Both the position numbers and the translations under genes were made by a program. Below are positions 1 through 9,536 of a stretch of 54,250 nt of DNA, piece by piece (the stretch's first letter is position 1; each line of letters begins with the position of its first letter). The DNA lies in the IMG/VR virus record IMGVR_UViG_3300033485_000018, positions 1-54,250 of that record; one strand, given 5' to 3'. The notes beneath the pieces were generated by a model that searched no databases, was not told the origin of the DNA, and saw nothing but the letters and a program-made list of their open reading frames with translations. The stretch comes from a virus. Taxonomy: Duplodnaviria > Caudoviricetes.

Positions 1-127
1 AGCACGAGGCCGCAGGCCTTCGAGGAGCAGAGACCATGACCGTTCAAAGCATCAAGAAGCACCGCGAGCCTTGGATGCTCGGGAGCAATTTCCTCGAGCA
101 GATCGAGAAGGCGGAGAACCTGAGCGA
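1..127. repeat. Terminal direct repeat, copy 1 (identical to 54124-54250); circular assembly overlap
   Basis: Positions 1-127 (agcacgaggcc...cctgagcga) recur exactly at 54124-54250; 127 is a common assembler k-mer size. Confidence 0.95.
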
Positions 128-1181
128 CTTCCTGCGCACGCACGCGGGCCGGGAGTTCTACCAGAAGTATCTGCTGGAGAATCCCGCACAGTTCGGTGCC
201 GCGCCGATCTTCAAGGGGCAGCCCACGGCTGGTGATGTTCACGTCAACCAACCGTTGACCGCGATCTCGATCGCCTTCTTGCCCAGCCTCGACACGATGG
301 TTGCGGACAAGGTTTTCCCCAACGTCCCGGTTACGAAGCAGTCGGATCGCTACGTCACGTATCCCAAGGGGGCATGGTTCCGCAGCGATGCGCAAGATCG
401 AGCACCGGGAACCGAGTCAGCCGGATCGGGCTACTCGATCGACAGCACGCCGACCTATTTCTGTAAGCCGATCGCCTTGCACAAAGACATCGACGACATG
501 CTGCGCGGCAACGCGGACGCCATGATCGATCTGGACCGCAACGCCAGCGAGTTCGTGACTCGCGCGCTTGTGATCAAGCGTGAGCGCGATTGGGCGGCCG
601 CGTATTTCACCACCAGCAAGTGGACGGGCTCCACCACTGGCGGCGACATCACGCCCGGCACGCTCTGGAGTGCGGCCGGTTCGACGCCGATCGAAGACAT
701 CCAAGCGCAGATTGACTCGGTGCAGGCGAAGACGGGCTATAAGCCCAACCGCTTCGTCATGGGGAAGTCTGTCGCGAGCATTCTCAAGAATCACCCCGAG
801 TTCTTGGATCGGATCAAGTACACCCAGCAAGGCGTCGTGACGCTGGAGCTCATGGCGGCTGTGCTGGGGCTCGAGAAGGTGCTCGAGGCCGAGGCGATCC
901 AAAACACCGCGATCGAAGGTGCCGCGGATGCGCTGAACTACATCGCTGACAAGCAGGATGCGCTCTTGGTGTACGCGGCCCCGCAACCTTCGTTGCTCGT
1001 GCCGTCGGCCGGTTACACCTTCTCGTGGACTGGCTACACGGGAGCAGGCCCCTCCGGGCAGCGCGTGAGCCGGTTCCGCATGGAGCACCTGCGCTCAGAC
1101 CGCGTCGAGGGCGAAATGGCCTATGACCTCAAGATGATCGCCCCGGAGCTCGGCGCGTTCTTCAATGAGGCCGTGGCGTAA
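36..1181 (+). CDS. Major capsid protein
   Basis: 381 aa; QPTAGDVHVNQPLTAIS start motif typical of HK97-fold capsids of XkdF-type head modules; GAGGAG RBS; lies after decoration gene and before head-tail genes. Confidence 0.85.
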   Translation: MTVQSIKKHREPWMLGSNFLEQIEKAENLSDFLRTHAGREFYQKYLLENPAQFGAAPIFKGQPTAGDVHVNQPLTAISIAFLPSLDTMVADKVFPNVPVTKQSDRYVTYPKGAWFRSDAQDRAPGTESAGSGYSIDSTPTYFCKPIALHKDIDDMLRGNADAMIDLDRNASEFVTRALVIKRERDWAAAYFTTSKWTGSTTGGDITPGTLWSAAGSTPIEDIQAQIDSVQAKTGYKPNRFVMGKSVASILKNHPEFLDRIKYTQQGVVTLELMAAVLGLEKVLEAEAIQNTAIEGAADALNYIADKQDALLVYAAPQPSLLVPSAGYTFSWTGYTGAGPSGQRVSRFRMEHLRSDRVEGEMAYDLKMIAPELGAFFNEAVA

Positions 1182-1184
1182 GTC

Positions 1185-1574
1185 ATGCCTTACGTGGCTC
1201 TGAAGGCAATGGTCACTGCGATTGGCCCGCGCCAGCGCGGTGACTATTTGCCCGAGGCGGACGGTTGGCGGAACCTACCCGCTTGGGTAGGGAGTCGGCA
1301 TATCAAAGAGGTGCCGGCAAGCGAGATCGTCAATGGTCGTTGGGTGGGCGCCGCGGGAAGCCCCGTTGCGCCCACCTCCACGCCCGTGGTGACGCCCGCA
1401 CCGCTGCCCCCGGAAGTGACCCCCGTGGTCGCGGTCGAGACCACCGCACGCGAAGAGCTGCGAGCACTGAGCAAGGCTGAGCTGCTCGATCTCGCCGCGC
1501 GGATTGGTGTGGAGGTAGCCCCGGGCATGACCAAAGGAAACGTCATCGACGCGATCTTGCGCGGCATGGCGTAG
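1185..1574 (+). CDS. Hypothetical protein with C-terminal HeH/Rho-N-like domain
   Basis: C-terminal LSKAELLDLAARIGVEVAPGMTKGNVIDAI helix-extension-helix pattern after a Pro/Thr linker; common after capsid genes. Confidence 0.6.
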   Translation: MPYVALKAMVTAIGPRQRGDYLPEADGWRNLPAWVGSRHIKEVPASEIVNGRWVGAAGSPVAPTSTPVVTPAPLPPEVTPVVAVETTAREELRALSKAELLDLAARIGVEVAPGMTKGNVIDAILRGMA

Positions 1575-1591
1575 CTCGTGAGAGGTAGGCC

Positions 1592-2032
1592 ATGACGTGG
1601 ACCTACGCCCTGCCGATCACCACCTCGCTCCACGCGACGCGCTTCTACTGCGGCGACACCGATACGACGCAGCAACTCGTGCAAGACGAGGAGATCACCT
1701 ACGTGCTGGCATCCCAGCCGAACCCCGTTTCTGCGGCCGCGATCGTATGTGATGCCATCGCGGCCAAGTTCGCGCGGGAAGCTGACGCGACCGTGGGGCA
1801 AGTATCGGAGTCGGCGAGCCAGAAGGCCTCGGCGTACATTGCCCTAGCCAAGCGCCTACGGCAGAGCCTTGGGCGGTTGGCGCAACCGATCTTCGGTGGC
1901 ATCGACAAGACGCAGAAGGAAACGCTCGATCTCGATAGCGAGCTCGTGCAACCCTCTTTCACCATCGGGCAAGACGACAACCCCGCGGCCTTCGACGAAC
2001 GGGCCGACGACCCCGACGATTGGACAGCATGA
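1592..2032 (+). CDS. Head-tail connector/adaptor
   Basis: RFYCGDTD...LVQDEEI motif, gene position, GAGGT RBS. Confidence 0.7.
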   Translation: MTWTYALPITTSLHATRFYCGDTDTTQQLVQDEEITYVLASQPNPVSAAAIVCDAIAAKFAREADATVGQVSESASQKASAYIALAKRLRQSLGRLAQPIFGGIDKTQKETLDLDSELVQPSFTIGQDDNPAAFDERADDPDDWTA

Positions 2033-2511
2033 TGGGCGCGCGCTTGCGAGACCACGATCGCGGTTGGGCCAGGATCCGCAAGGCCTTCGGCAAGATGGCC
2101 ACCTCGCGCAAGGGGCCAGTGGCGCAGGTCGGGATCCAAGGCGATTCGAGCCGCGAGGAGGGTGGCGAGACCAATGCGATGATCGCTGCGGTCCACGAGT
2201 TCGGCTCACCTACGCGCTCGATCCCGCAACGGTCGTTTTTGCGTTCGACCTTCGACGAACACCAGCGCGCCTATCAGCGCGAGCTCGATGGTATTGCACG
2301 GCGGGCCCTCGACGGCGCCAAGCTCACTGGTGAGCTCCTGCTACTGGGGGAGCAGTACCGGAGCGACGTGCTCGACAAGATTAACGAAGGGATCCCACCT
2401 GCATTGCAGGATGCGACGATCGAGCGCAAGAAGGGCGAGACCACACCACTCATCGACACCGGGCAGCTACGCAACGCGATCCGTGTGGTCGTGGTAGAGG
2501 GCACCGGATGA
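2029..2511 (+). CDS. Neck / virion morphogenesis protein
   Basis: IAAVHEFG..IPQRSFLRST and PLIDTGQLRNAI motifs; ATGA overlap with upstream gene. Confidence 0.75.
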   Translation: MMGARLRDHDRGWARIRKAFGKMATSRKGPVAQVGIQGDSSREEGGETNAMIAAVHEFGSPTRSIPQRSFLRSTFDEHQRAYQRELDGIARRALDGAKLTGELLLLGEQYRSDVLDKINEGIPPALQDATIERKKGETTPLIDTGQLRNAIRVVVVEGTG

Positions 2512-2876
2512 AGACGCTCAACGCGGCTCGGATTCTGCCCCGCTTCCGCACGTCGATCACGGTCAAGCGCAAGGCTACAGGTGTCTACACGAAGGGGCGC
2601 TATGTGCCGGTCGGTAGCGATACCACAATCGTCGAGGCGAACGCCTCATTGCAGCCCTTGCAGCCGAAGGATCTCGAGATGCTCCCCGAGGGCTTCCGCA
2701 CGAAGCAGGCGGTCAAGATCTTTTGCCCAGTGCTCCTGCGCACGGGCGATCCCGAGGCCGGGCAAGAGGCGGATCGGATCGAGTACGGTGGCGAAACCTA
2801 CGAGGTGCATGCCGTCAACGATTGGAACGACCACGGGCGCTACTGGGAAGCGATCGCCGTGAAGGTGGGCCAGTAG
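2508..2876 (+). CDS. Head closure / head-tail joining protein
   Basis: LPEGFRT..ADRIEYGGETYEV pattern and synteny. Confidence 0.65.
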   Translation: MKTLNAARILPRFRTSITVKRKATGVYTKGRYVPVGSDTTIVEANASLQPLQPKDLEMLPEGFRTKQAVKIFCPVLLRTGDPEAGQEADRIEYGGETYEVHAVNDWNDHGRYWEAIAVKVGQ

Positions 2877-2877
2877 T

Positions 2878-3483
2878 ATGCCGCCGGTTGCCTCCCCCAT
2901 CGCATGGACTACGATCGAAGATGCGCTCTACGATTGGCTCGCGGCGGCAACGGGCTTGACCACTATCTGGGCCGAGCAAGACTCCCCACAGCCCGCCTAT
3001 CCCTACGCGGTGCTCGAGATCACGAGCGGCCCCACCAAGGTCGGGGGGCAAGATGAGCAACGGCAAACCTATGATGGGGGGCAATCGCTCGGGCAAGAGA
3101 TCGGGATCGAGGTCTGCGGCTTGCGGGAGATCACGCTGTCGGTGCAGGTATTCGCCAAAGAAGCGGACGCGCTACCGACGAACCACCCGCGCGATATGCT
3201 TTCGCGGGCGCAATCGAGCCTCGGGTTGCCCTCGGTGCTTCAAGCCTTGAAGGTTGCCGGCCTATCTGTGATAGAAGAGATGCCGGTGCAAGACATGAGC
3301 GAAGCGATCGAAGATACCTGGATCACGCGCGCCGCCATGGACGTGCGCCTAGGCCTCGCGGCCAGCGTTACCGAACGCACGGGCTACATTTCCACAGTCG
3401 AGGTCGACTTGGACATCAAGAAACCGGATGGCACGACAAGCGTCGATGCCGCCTTGCGTACCACGTTCACCATCGGAGATTGA
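2878..3483 (+). CDS. Tail completion / neck terminator protein
   Basis: IWAEQDSPQPAYPY motif; directly upstream of sheath. Confidence 0.65.
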   Translation: MPPVASPIAWTTIEDALYDWLAAATGLTTIWAEQDSPQPAYPYAVLEITSGPTKVGGQDEQRQTYDGGQSLGQEIGIEVCGLREITLSVQVFAKEADALPTNHPRDMLSRAQSSLGLPSVLQALKVAGLSVIEEMPVQDMSEAIEDTWITRAAMDVRLGLAASVTERTGYISTVEVDLDIKKPDGTTSVDAALRTTFTIGD

Positions 3484-3487
3484 AACC

Positions 3488-4969
3488 ATGTCGCTGCAAG
3501 ACATCGTGCAAGTCACCATCACCAAGGAAACGGCATCCGTCGCGCGCACCGGCTTCGGGATCCCGATGATCCTCTCCTACTTCACGCAATTCACCGAGCG
3601 CGCTCGCGTATACGAAACGCTCGCCGAGCTCGAGGCCGACGGGTTCGGCGCCTCGAACTTCGCGCACAAGGCAGCCAGCGCGATCTTTTCGCAGAACCCC
3701 AAGGTGTCATCGATCGTCGTTGGGCGGCGCAACTCCGCGGTCGATCGCGCTGTGACGCTGACCCCGACCGCCAGCCCTCCCGCTTTGACGGCTTACAAGG
3801 TCACGATCAACGATCAAGTCGCGACCTTTACCACCAATGCGGCCCCCACGGTTGCCGAAGTCACGGCGGGGCTCGAGACTGCGATCAATGCGCTCATGCC
3901 GGCAATCTGGCTCACAGTTACACCTTACGTGGTAGGGGATCGACGCAAGCTGAATGGCAACATCTACCAGGCGGTCGTGGCCGGCACGACGGGCGCCACG
4001 GGCCCCTCGGGCACCAAGCAAGCCATCGTCGACGGGACCGTGACGTGGAAGTATATCGGCCCCACCGTGACCGCTACCGACACCGGGCCCGGCACGTCGG
4101 TTGTCATCGCGCAAGACACGGCGGGCGCGCCTTTCCTGCTCGAAGTGGAAAAGCGGGCGTTGCTCACGCAGAAAGACAACACCCCCGATCCTGGCATCGT
4201 GGCCGACCTGACCGCCGTGCGTACTGCGCTCGACGGCAACGATTCTTGGTATGGCTTGATCACCGACTCCCACGGCGAAATCGAGATCGCGCTTGTCGCG
4301 GCTGCGGTGGAGTCCTTGCGCAAGTTCTACCTCGCTTCATGCGCGGACGATGAGATCCTGACGGGTAGCGCGACGGACCTGGCGAGCGATCTCGAGGCCG
4401 CCAACTACGCGCGCACGGCTCTCTTGTGGAGTACCAAGCCGCACACCTTCCCCGAGGCCGCCTGGGTGGGCCGCGTGTTCCCCCTCGATCCGGGTTCCGA
4501 AACGTGGAAGTTCAAGACGCTGACCGGCATCGCGGCGGACACGCTTTCGTCGACCGAGCAAACCAATCTCGACGCCAAGAAGGCGAACCACTACCAGCTT
4601 GTGGCCGGTGTGAACATCACGGCCGAAGGCGTGACGAGTAGCGGCGAGTTCATCGACGTGACGCGCTTCATCGACTCGCTACAAGCGGACATCGAGGAGT
4701 CGGTCTTCGAGCGTTTGGCCGCGCTGCCTAAAGCGGCCTTCACCGACTCGGGGATCGCGATCGTCGAAAACGAGGTGCGCGGCGCTCTGCTGCGCGGGGT
4801 TGAAACGAGCGGGCTTGCCGCGGATCCTGCGCCGACGGTCACAGTGCCGCTTGCCTCGGCAGTTTCTGGTGCCGACAAGAACGCGCGGATCTTGCGCGAT
4901 GTGACCTTCACGGCCACGCTCGCAGGCGCTATCCACAACCTGATCATTAGCGGTCGCCTGTCGGTGTAG
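3488..4969 (+). CDS. Contractile tail sheath protein (DUF3383-like)
   Basis: MSLQDIVQVTI start, PGSETWKFKTLTGI, GEFIDVTR and LAGAIH motifs; start moved to ATG 3488. Confidence 0.85.
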   Translation: MSLQDIVQVTITKETASVARTGFGIPMILSYFTQFTERARVYETLAELEADGFGASNFAHKAASAIFSQNPKVSSIVVGRRNSAVDRAVTLTPTASPPALTAYKVTINDQVATFTTNAAPTVAEVTAGLETAINALMPAIWLTVTPYVVGDRRKLNGNIYQAVVAGTTGATGPSGTKQAIVDGTVTWKYIGPTVTATDTGPGTSVVIAQDTAGAPFLLEVEKRALLTQKDNTPDPGIVADLTAVRTALDGNDSWYGLITDSHGEIEIALVAAAVESLRKFYLASCADDEILTGSATDLASDLEAANYARTALLWSTKPHTFPEAAWVGRVFPLDPGSETWKFKTLTGIAADTLSSTEQTNLDAKKANHYQLVAGVNITAEGVTSSGEFIDVTRFIDSLQADIEESVFERLAALPKAAFTDSGIAIVENEVRGALLRGVETSGLAADPAPTVTVPLASAVSGADKNARILRDVTFTATLAGAIHNLIISGRLSV

Positions 4970-5000
4970 TGCCGACGGACGCGGCGAAAGGAAAGCAACC

Positions 5001-5429
5001 ATGCCTCTGCATACCTACGACCCGGCACAAGTGCTGATCATCTTCGCGGGGATCCCGATCTCCGGGCGCGGGGAATCCACGTTCCTATCGGTCGAGCGCA
5101 ACGAAGATGCCTGGACCTTGCAGGTCGGCGCGGACGGGGAAGCTACGCGCGCGAAGAGCAACAATCGCTCGGGGCGCGTGACCCTGACGCTCTTGCAATC
5201 CGCGGCCGCTAACGACGCCCTCTCGGCCATCGCCAACGTCGACGAGAAGACGCCCGGCGGGGATGGCGTCTTCCCGCTCTTGATCAAGGATCTCTCTGGC
5301 CGCACGCTTGTTCAAGCGCAGACCGCTTGGCTCGTGAAGCAAGCAACCGGTGAGTTCGCCCGTGAGGCGAGCGAGCGCGAGTGGATCATCGAGTCCAACG
5401 ATATCGACATCTTGGTTGGCGGGAACTAG
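5001..5429 (+). CDS. Tail tube protein (DUF3277-like)
   Basis: TYDPAQV, VGADGE..R..SNNRSG.VTLTLLQS motifs; AAGGA RBS; follows sheath. Confidence 0.85.
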   Translation: MPLHTYDPAQVLIIFAGIPISGRGESTFLSVERNEDAWTLQVGADGEATRAKSNNRSGRVTLTLLQSAAANDALSAIANVDEKTPGGDGVFPLLIKDLSGRTLVQAQTAWLVKQATGEFAREASEREWIIESNDIDILVGGN

Positions 5430-5439
5430 GGGGCGCACC

Positions 5440-5916
5440 GTGTCGCAAGTCGAAGGCAAGACGAAAACGATCGACGGTGTGGAATACACCGTCTACCATA
5501 TGCCCGCGAAGCGGGCGGCCAAGCTGCTCGCCAAGCTCGGCGGGGTCGCGGTGCCGGCGCTTGGGGTTGCAGGTGCGATCAAGAAGGGCGCGGGCAGCCT
5601 GCTCGACGCGGAGATCGATGGGGCGCTGTTCTCGAAGCTGGCGGGCGAAGCATTCGACCGGCTCGACGAAGCACTCCTCGACGATCTGCTCGGGTCGTTC
5701 GCCGAAGTGACCGTGGTCACAAGCGGCAAGCTCTCCGATTCCTTCGATCTGCACTTCCGCGGCCGCATGGCTGCGCTCGTGGAGTGGCTGAGCTTCTGCC
5801 TGCAAAACGAGTATGGCGAGGTCTTAAAAAAAACTCTCGGCGGCATCGGTCGTGTCGGCCTCGGAATGAAGCTGCCCACGTCCGACTCCCCGCCCACCTC
5901 GCCGAAGATTGGTTGA
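5440..5916 (+). CDS. Tail assembly chaperone (G-like)
   Basis: Between tube and tape measure; GTG start at 5440; contains A8 slippery run. Confidence 0.75.
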   Translation: MSQVEGKTKTIDGVEYTVYHMPAKRAAKLLAKLGGVAVPALGVAGAIKKGAGSLLDAEIDGALFSKLAGEAFDRLDEALLDDLLGSFAEVTVVTSGKLSDSFDLHFRGRMAALVEWLSFCLQNEYGEVLKKTLGGIGRVGLGMKLPTSDSPPTSPKIG

Positions 5917-6056
5917 TCTGGCGCTTGGTGCTGCGCCAGGTTGCGACGTATCAGGAGATCGATAGCTACTGGGACTTGAACGAGCTACTAGACGCGAATG
6001 AGGCGCTCGAAGTGCAAGATGATGCCGATTGGCAAGCGTCGAAGCGAAGAGGCTGA
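5826..6056 (+). CDS. -1 frameshift extension of tail assembly chaperone (GT-like)
   Basis: A AAA AAA at 5826-5832; -1 frame reads ...EDWLIWRLVLRQVATYQEIDSYWDLNELLDANEALE, ending 2 nt before the tape measure start. Confidence 0.75.
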   Translation, partial: KKNSRRHRSCRPRNEAAHVRLPAHLAEDWLIWRLVLRQVATYQEIDSYWDLNELLDANEALEVQDDADWQASKRRG

Positions 6057-6058
6057 CC

Positions 6059-7696
6059 ATGATCGTCCGCGAGCTCTATGCGCTGTTCGGTTTCCAAGTC
6101 GACAAGCAATCGGCCGGTACCGTCGATAAGCAGATCGGTGGCTTCATCTCCAAGCTGAAAGGCTTGGCCGCGGTGGCGAGCACGATCGGTGCGGCCGTTG
6201 TGCTCAAAGGCATCGCCGAGAGCGTGGGCCGTGCTGGCGACGAGCTCGATACCGCAGCGCAGCGCCTGGGCATCGGTACGCAGGCGCTGCAAGAGCTGCG
6301 CTTCGCGGCCGACCGCGCCGACGTTTCGCAAGAAGAGCTCGGCGCGGGATTGCGCATCCTGTCACGCAACGCCTTCGAAGCGGCGAATGGCAACAAAGAG
6401 TTGACCGAGCGCTTCCGCCGCGCGGGGATCGAGCTGCGCGACGGCCTCGGCAAGGTTAAGACTGGCGATGTGCTCCTACGCGAGTTGGCCGACGGCACGA
6501 ACGCGCTCGGCGATGAGAATGAGCGCCTGGGCTTGGTGTTGGCGCTGGCTGGTCGTTCCGCAACCGCCCTGATCCCGTTGCTCAAGCTCGGCAGCAAGAA
6601 CATGGATGAGCAGGCCAAGCGCGCGCAGGCGCTCGGTGATGTGCTCGATACCGCGTTGATTCAGCAAGCGAGCGCCTGGGATGATTCGCAGAAGGATGTG
6701 GCGTCGACCCTCAAAGGGATCCGCAACGCGATCGGGAAGGGTTTGCTGCCGGTGCTTACCATGATCAACCGGGCATGGGCCAAGCTGATCGAGACTCATG
6801 GGGTCTTCGTTCGCACCACCATCACCACCGCGCTCGAGAGCATCGGGCAGCTCGTGGGTGGTGTAGCGCGCTCCCTGTTGACCGTGGCGGATGTGACCCT
6901 CTCCTGGGTTGGGGGGCTGTCGAAGCTCAACAGCGAGATCCTTGGCGTAACCACGGGCATCATTGCGCTAGTTGCGTTGCTGGCACTGCCGGGCGGCCCG
7001 CTCTTGGTGCTGCTCGCGTTGATCGGGCTCATCATAGAAGACTTCATGGTTTGGCGCGAAGGTGGGGAGTCAGTGATCGGGGATCTCGTGGCATCGCTCA
7101 AGATGCTGGGGGATCAATTCCCATGGTTGCGCGAGCTCCTGGGTGGCGTAGTCGACGGGTTCCTATGGCTCGCGTCCGTTATCACTGATTACGTGGGGGG
7201 CGCGATTGCCGCGGTACTTGCGGGGCTCCAGTTCTTGGTGGAGTTCTTCACGCTCGGCCCTGCGCAGGCCGCTAAGAACCTGCTCGCGATCTGGGGGGAG
7301 ATGTGGCTTGCGCTCGGCAAGCCCGTAGTCGAGGCCGTCGACTTCTGGAAGACCAAGATCGAAGAGGTGCTCAATTGGATCGCGTCGAAGATCCCTGGCG
7401 TCTCGAAGCTGCTCGGGGGTTTCGGTGGGGGCATCGGCAACGCTGCGCTTGATTTCTTTGCCCCCGCCGGCGGCAAAGCACCTGCGAACTTGGCGGCTGC
7501 GCCCGCCGCAGCGGCTTTACCGGGGGCTACTCGCAACATGGCCAACAGCCAAACGAACAACGTCTCGATCGCCGTCGATGCACGCGGCGTCTCGGATCCC
7601 CAGGCGGTGGGCGACATCTTCGATCAACGGGTCGAGGCCGTGCTCGAGCGCCAGAACCGCAACGTGCTTTCGACTTTCGCGATCGCAGGGGGCTAG
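6059..7696 (+). CDS. Tape measure protein
   Basis: MIVRELYALFGF start, Ala/Leu-rich helical sequence with hydrophobic segments, synteny. Confidence 0.85.
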   Translation: MIVRELYALFGFQVDKQSAGTVDKQIGGFISKLKGLAAVASTIGAAVVLKGIAESVGRAGDELDTAAQRLGIGTQALQELRFAADRADVSQEELGAGLRILSRNAFEAANGNKELTERFRRAGIELRDGLGKVKTGDVLLRELADGTNALGDENERLGLVLALAGRSATALIPLLKLGSKNMDEQAKRAQALGDVLDTALIQQASAWDDSQKDVASTLKGIRNAIGKGLLPVLTMINRAWAKLIETHGVFVRTTITTALESIGQLVGGVARSLLTVADVTLSWVGGLSKLNSEILGVTTGIIALVALLALPGGPLLVLLALIGLIIEDFMVWREGGESVIGDLVASLKMLGDQFPWLRELLGGVVDGFLWLASVITDYVGGAIAAVLAGLQFLVEFFTLGPAQAAKNLLAIWGEMWLALGKPVVEAVDFWKTKIEEVLNWIASKIPGVSKLLGGFGGGIGNAALDFFAPAGGKAPANLAAAPAAAALPGATRNMANSQTNNVSIAVDARGVSDPQAVGDIFDQRVEAVLERQNRNVLSTFAIAGG

Positions 7697-7699
7697 CGC

Positions 7700-8305
7700 G
7701 TGGTTTCCTTCGCCCAACGATCACAGCTCGTCATCATCGAAAGCACGTTCCCGGTTACCACCGTGATCGAGCTCGAGGCGTCGATTAGCGAAACGCATCG
7801 GCGCAGCGTTGAGGCAACGGACCACCCGGTCGAGCAAGGGGCGGACATGACCGATCATCTCCGCTTCAAACCGCGGGAGCTGGACATCGTTGGGGTGATC
7901 TCCAACACACCGATCAAGCTGCTCGCTTCGGTGCGTGCGACCGCTTCGGTGCCAGGTGGCGACCCCCGTAGCCGCGCGGAAGATGCGTTCGCCGAGCTCG
8001 AACGCTTGATGTCTACGGGGTCACTCTGCACGCTTGCGACTACCTTGGTGCAATATGAGAACATGGCGCTCGTAGCGCTAACCACTCCGCGGGATGCTGC
8101 ACGGGGCAACATCGCCGAGCTCCAAATGACCTGGCGCGAGATCCGCTTTGCGGAAACGCTGCGTATCGAAGCGCCCGTGCCTGTTACCGCAGCCCGCAGC
8201 CCGCTTGTGAAGGTCGGCAAGCAAGCCGCGCAGCAAGCCAAGAACGTCGAGAGCGAGAAAGCGGTCTCGTTGCTCGCGCGCTTGCGCACGTCGTTGGGGT
8301 TCTAG
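7700..8305 (+). CDS. Baseplate / tube-initiator (Dit-like) protein
   Basis: SETH....TDHPVEQGADMTDH....PREL motif. Confidence 0.75.
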   Translation: MVSFAQRSQLVIIESTFPVTTVIELEASISETHRRSVEATDHPVEQGADMTDHLRFKPRELDIVGVISNTPIKLLASVRATASVPGGDPRSRAEDAFAELERLMSTGSLCTLATTLVQYENMALVALTTPRDAARGNIAELQMTWREIRFAETLRIEAPVPVTAARSPLVKVGKQAAQQAKNVESEKAVSLLARLRTSLGF

Positions 8306-8307
8306 TC

Positions 8308-8655
8308 ATGGCCATCTTCGTGATTCCTACGCGCACCGACCTGGCGAACTACTCGATGCAGGTTGATTTGGAAGGTGTCACCTATCGCTTTGATTTTCGT
8401 TTCAGCGAGCGCGAGGGCTTCTGGTATTTTGACCTGCTCGATGTGGCCGGCTCAATGATCCGTGCTGGGGTCAAGGTGGTGACGGGGATGTCACTGACCC
8501 GGTTGCTGCGGGATACGCGCAGGCCGCCTGGGGAGCTTGCCGTCATGGACACGACCGATCAAGATCGTGAGGCTGGCTTCGAGGATCTCGGTGAGGAGAT
8601 CCTGCTTTTCTACGCTGACCAAGCGGATGTGCTGGCGGCCGTGGCGACGGGATGA
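8308..8655 (+). CDS. Baseplate plug-like protein
   Basis: LEGVTYRFDFRFSEREGFWYFDL pattern; synteny. Confidence 0.65.
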   Translation: MAIFVIPTRTDLANYSMQVDLEGVTYRFDFRFSEREGFWYFDLLDVAGSMIRAGVKVVTGMSLTRLLRDTRRPPGELAVMDTTDQDREAGFEDLGEEILLFYADQADVLAAVATG

Positions 8656-9536
8656 CGGCGCTATTCAATCGGCAATTCGCAATCAATGTCGGTGGGCTGA
8701 GCATCGCCACGTCCGCGGCGGATAGCGGGAAGATTCAACCCACGCTGCGGCTAGGCTTCCGCATTGAGCGCATGACTGCGAAAGATCCAAACCCGGCGGA
8801 GTTGACGATTTACAACCTGAGCTCCGAAACGCGATCTTTCCTGACCGAGAACAGCACGAAGACGCTCGCGACCACGATCGCTCTTGGCTATGCTGCGCGC
8901 TCATTCCAGGCATACTCTGGCAACCTGCAAAAGGTCGTATCCCAGCGCACGGGGGTTGATTGGATCACCAAGCTCCAGCTTCTCGACGGTGGTACGCGCT
9001 ACAGTTCCGCGCGCATCAACGAATCACGCGGGCCGGGGGTCACGCTGCAAGAAGCGATCACGACGGCAGCGAAGGCGATGGGCTTGCCTCTCGGGAATCT
9101 CACGCAACAGATCAGCCGCGGCAACGTGCGTGGCTCTGCCCCTGGCACCAATCAAGGCACGACTTCTGCCTTCGCGCGCGGGCTCGTGCTGTCGGGCAAA
9201 GCCGAGGAGCAATTCGACAAGCTCATGGCGCTCGCTGGTTACGAGTGGTCGATTCAAGATGGCCAGATCCAAGTGTTGGTGCCCGGTGAAGCGCTGCCGA
9301 CGGAAGCGGTTGTGCTCAACTACGAATCGGGGTTAGTTGGCTCCCCCGAGCGTGGGGATGATGGGACCGTGAAGGCACGATCGCTGATTCAGCCCGGTCT
9401 GTTCCCCGGGCGTGCTGTCGCGATCGATGGTCTTGTGGTGGCTGGTATGTACCGCATCGAGCGCGTTGTCTTCACTGGCGACACCTGGGGGCAAGACTGG
9501 TATGCTGACCTCGAAGGAAAGGCCATCGCAGCATGA
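8652..9536 (+). CDS. Baseplate hub protein
   Basis: PNPAELTIYNL, WSIQDGQ, GLVGSP and GDTWGQDWY motifs. Confidence 0.75.
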   Translation: MTALFNRQFAINVGGLSIATSAADSGKIQPTLRLGFRIERMTAKDPNPAELTIYNLSSETRSFLTENSTKTLATTIALGYAARSFQAYSGNLQKVVSQRTGVDWITKLQLLDGGTRYSSARINESRGPGVTLQEAITTAAKAMGLPLGNLTQQISRGNVRGSAPGTNQGTTSAFARGLVLSGKAEEQFDKLMALAGYEWSIQDGQIQVLVPGEALPTEAVVLNYESGLVGSPERGDDGTVKARSLIQPGLFPGRAVAIDGLVVAGMYRIERVVFTGDTWGQDWYADLEGKAIAA

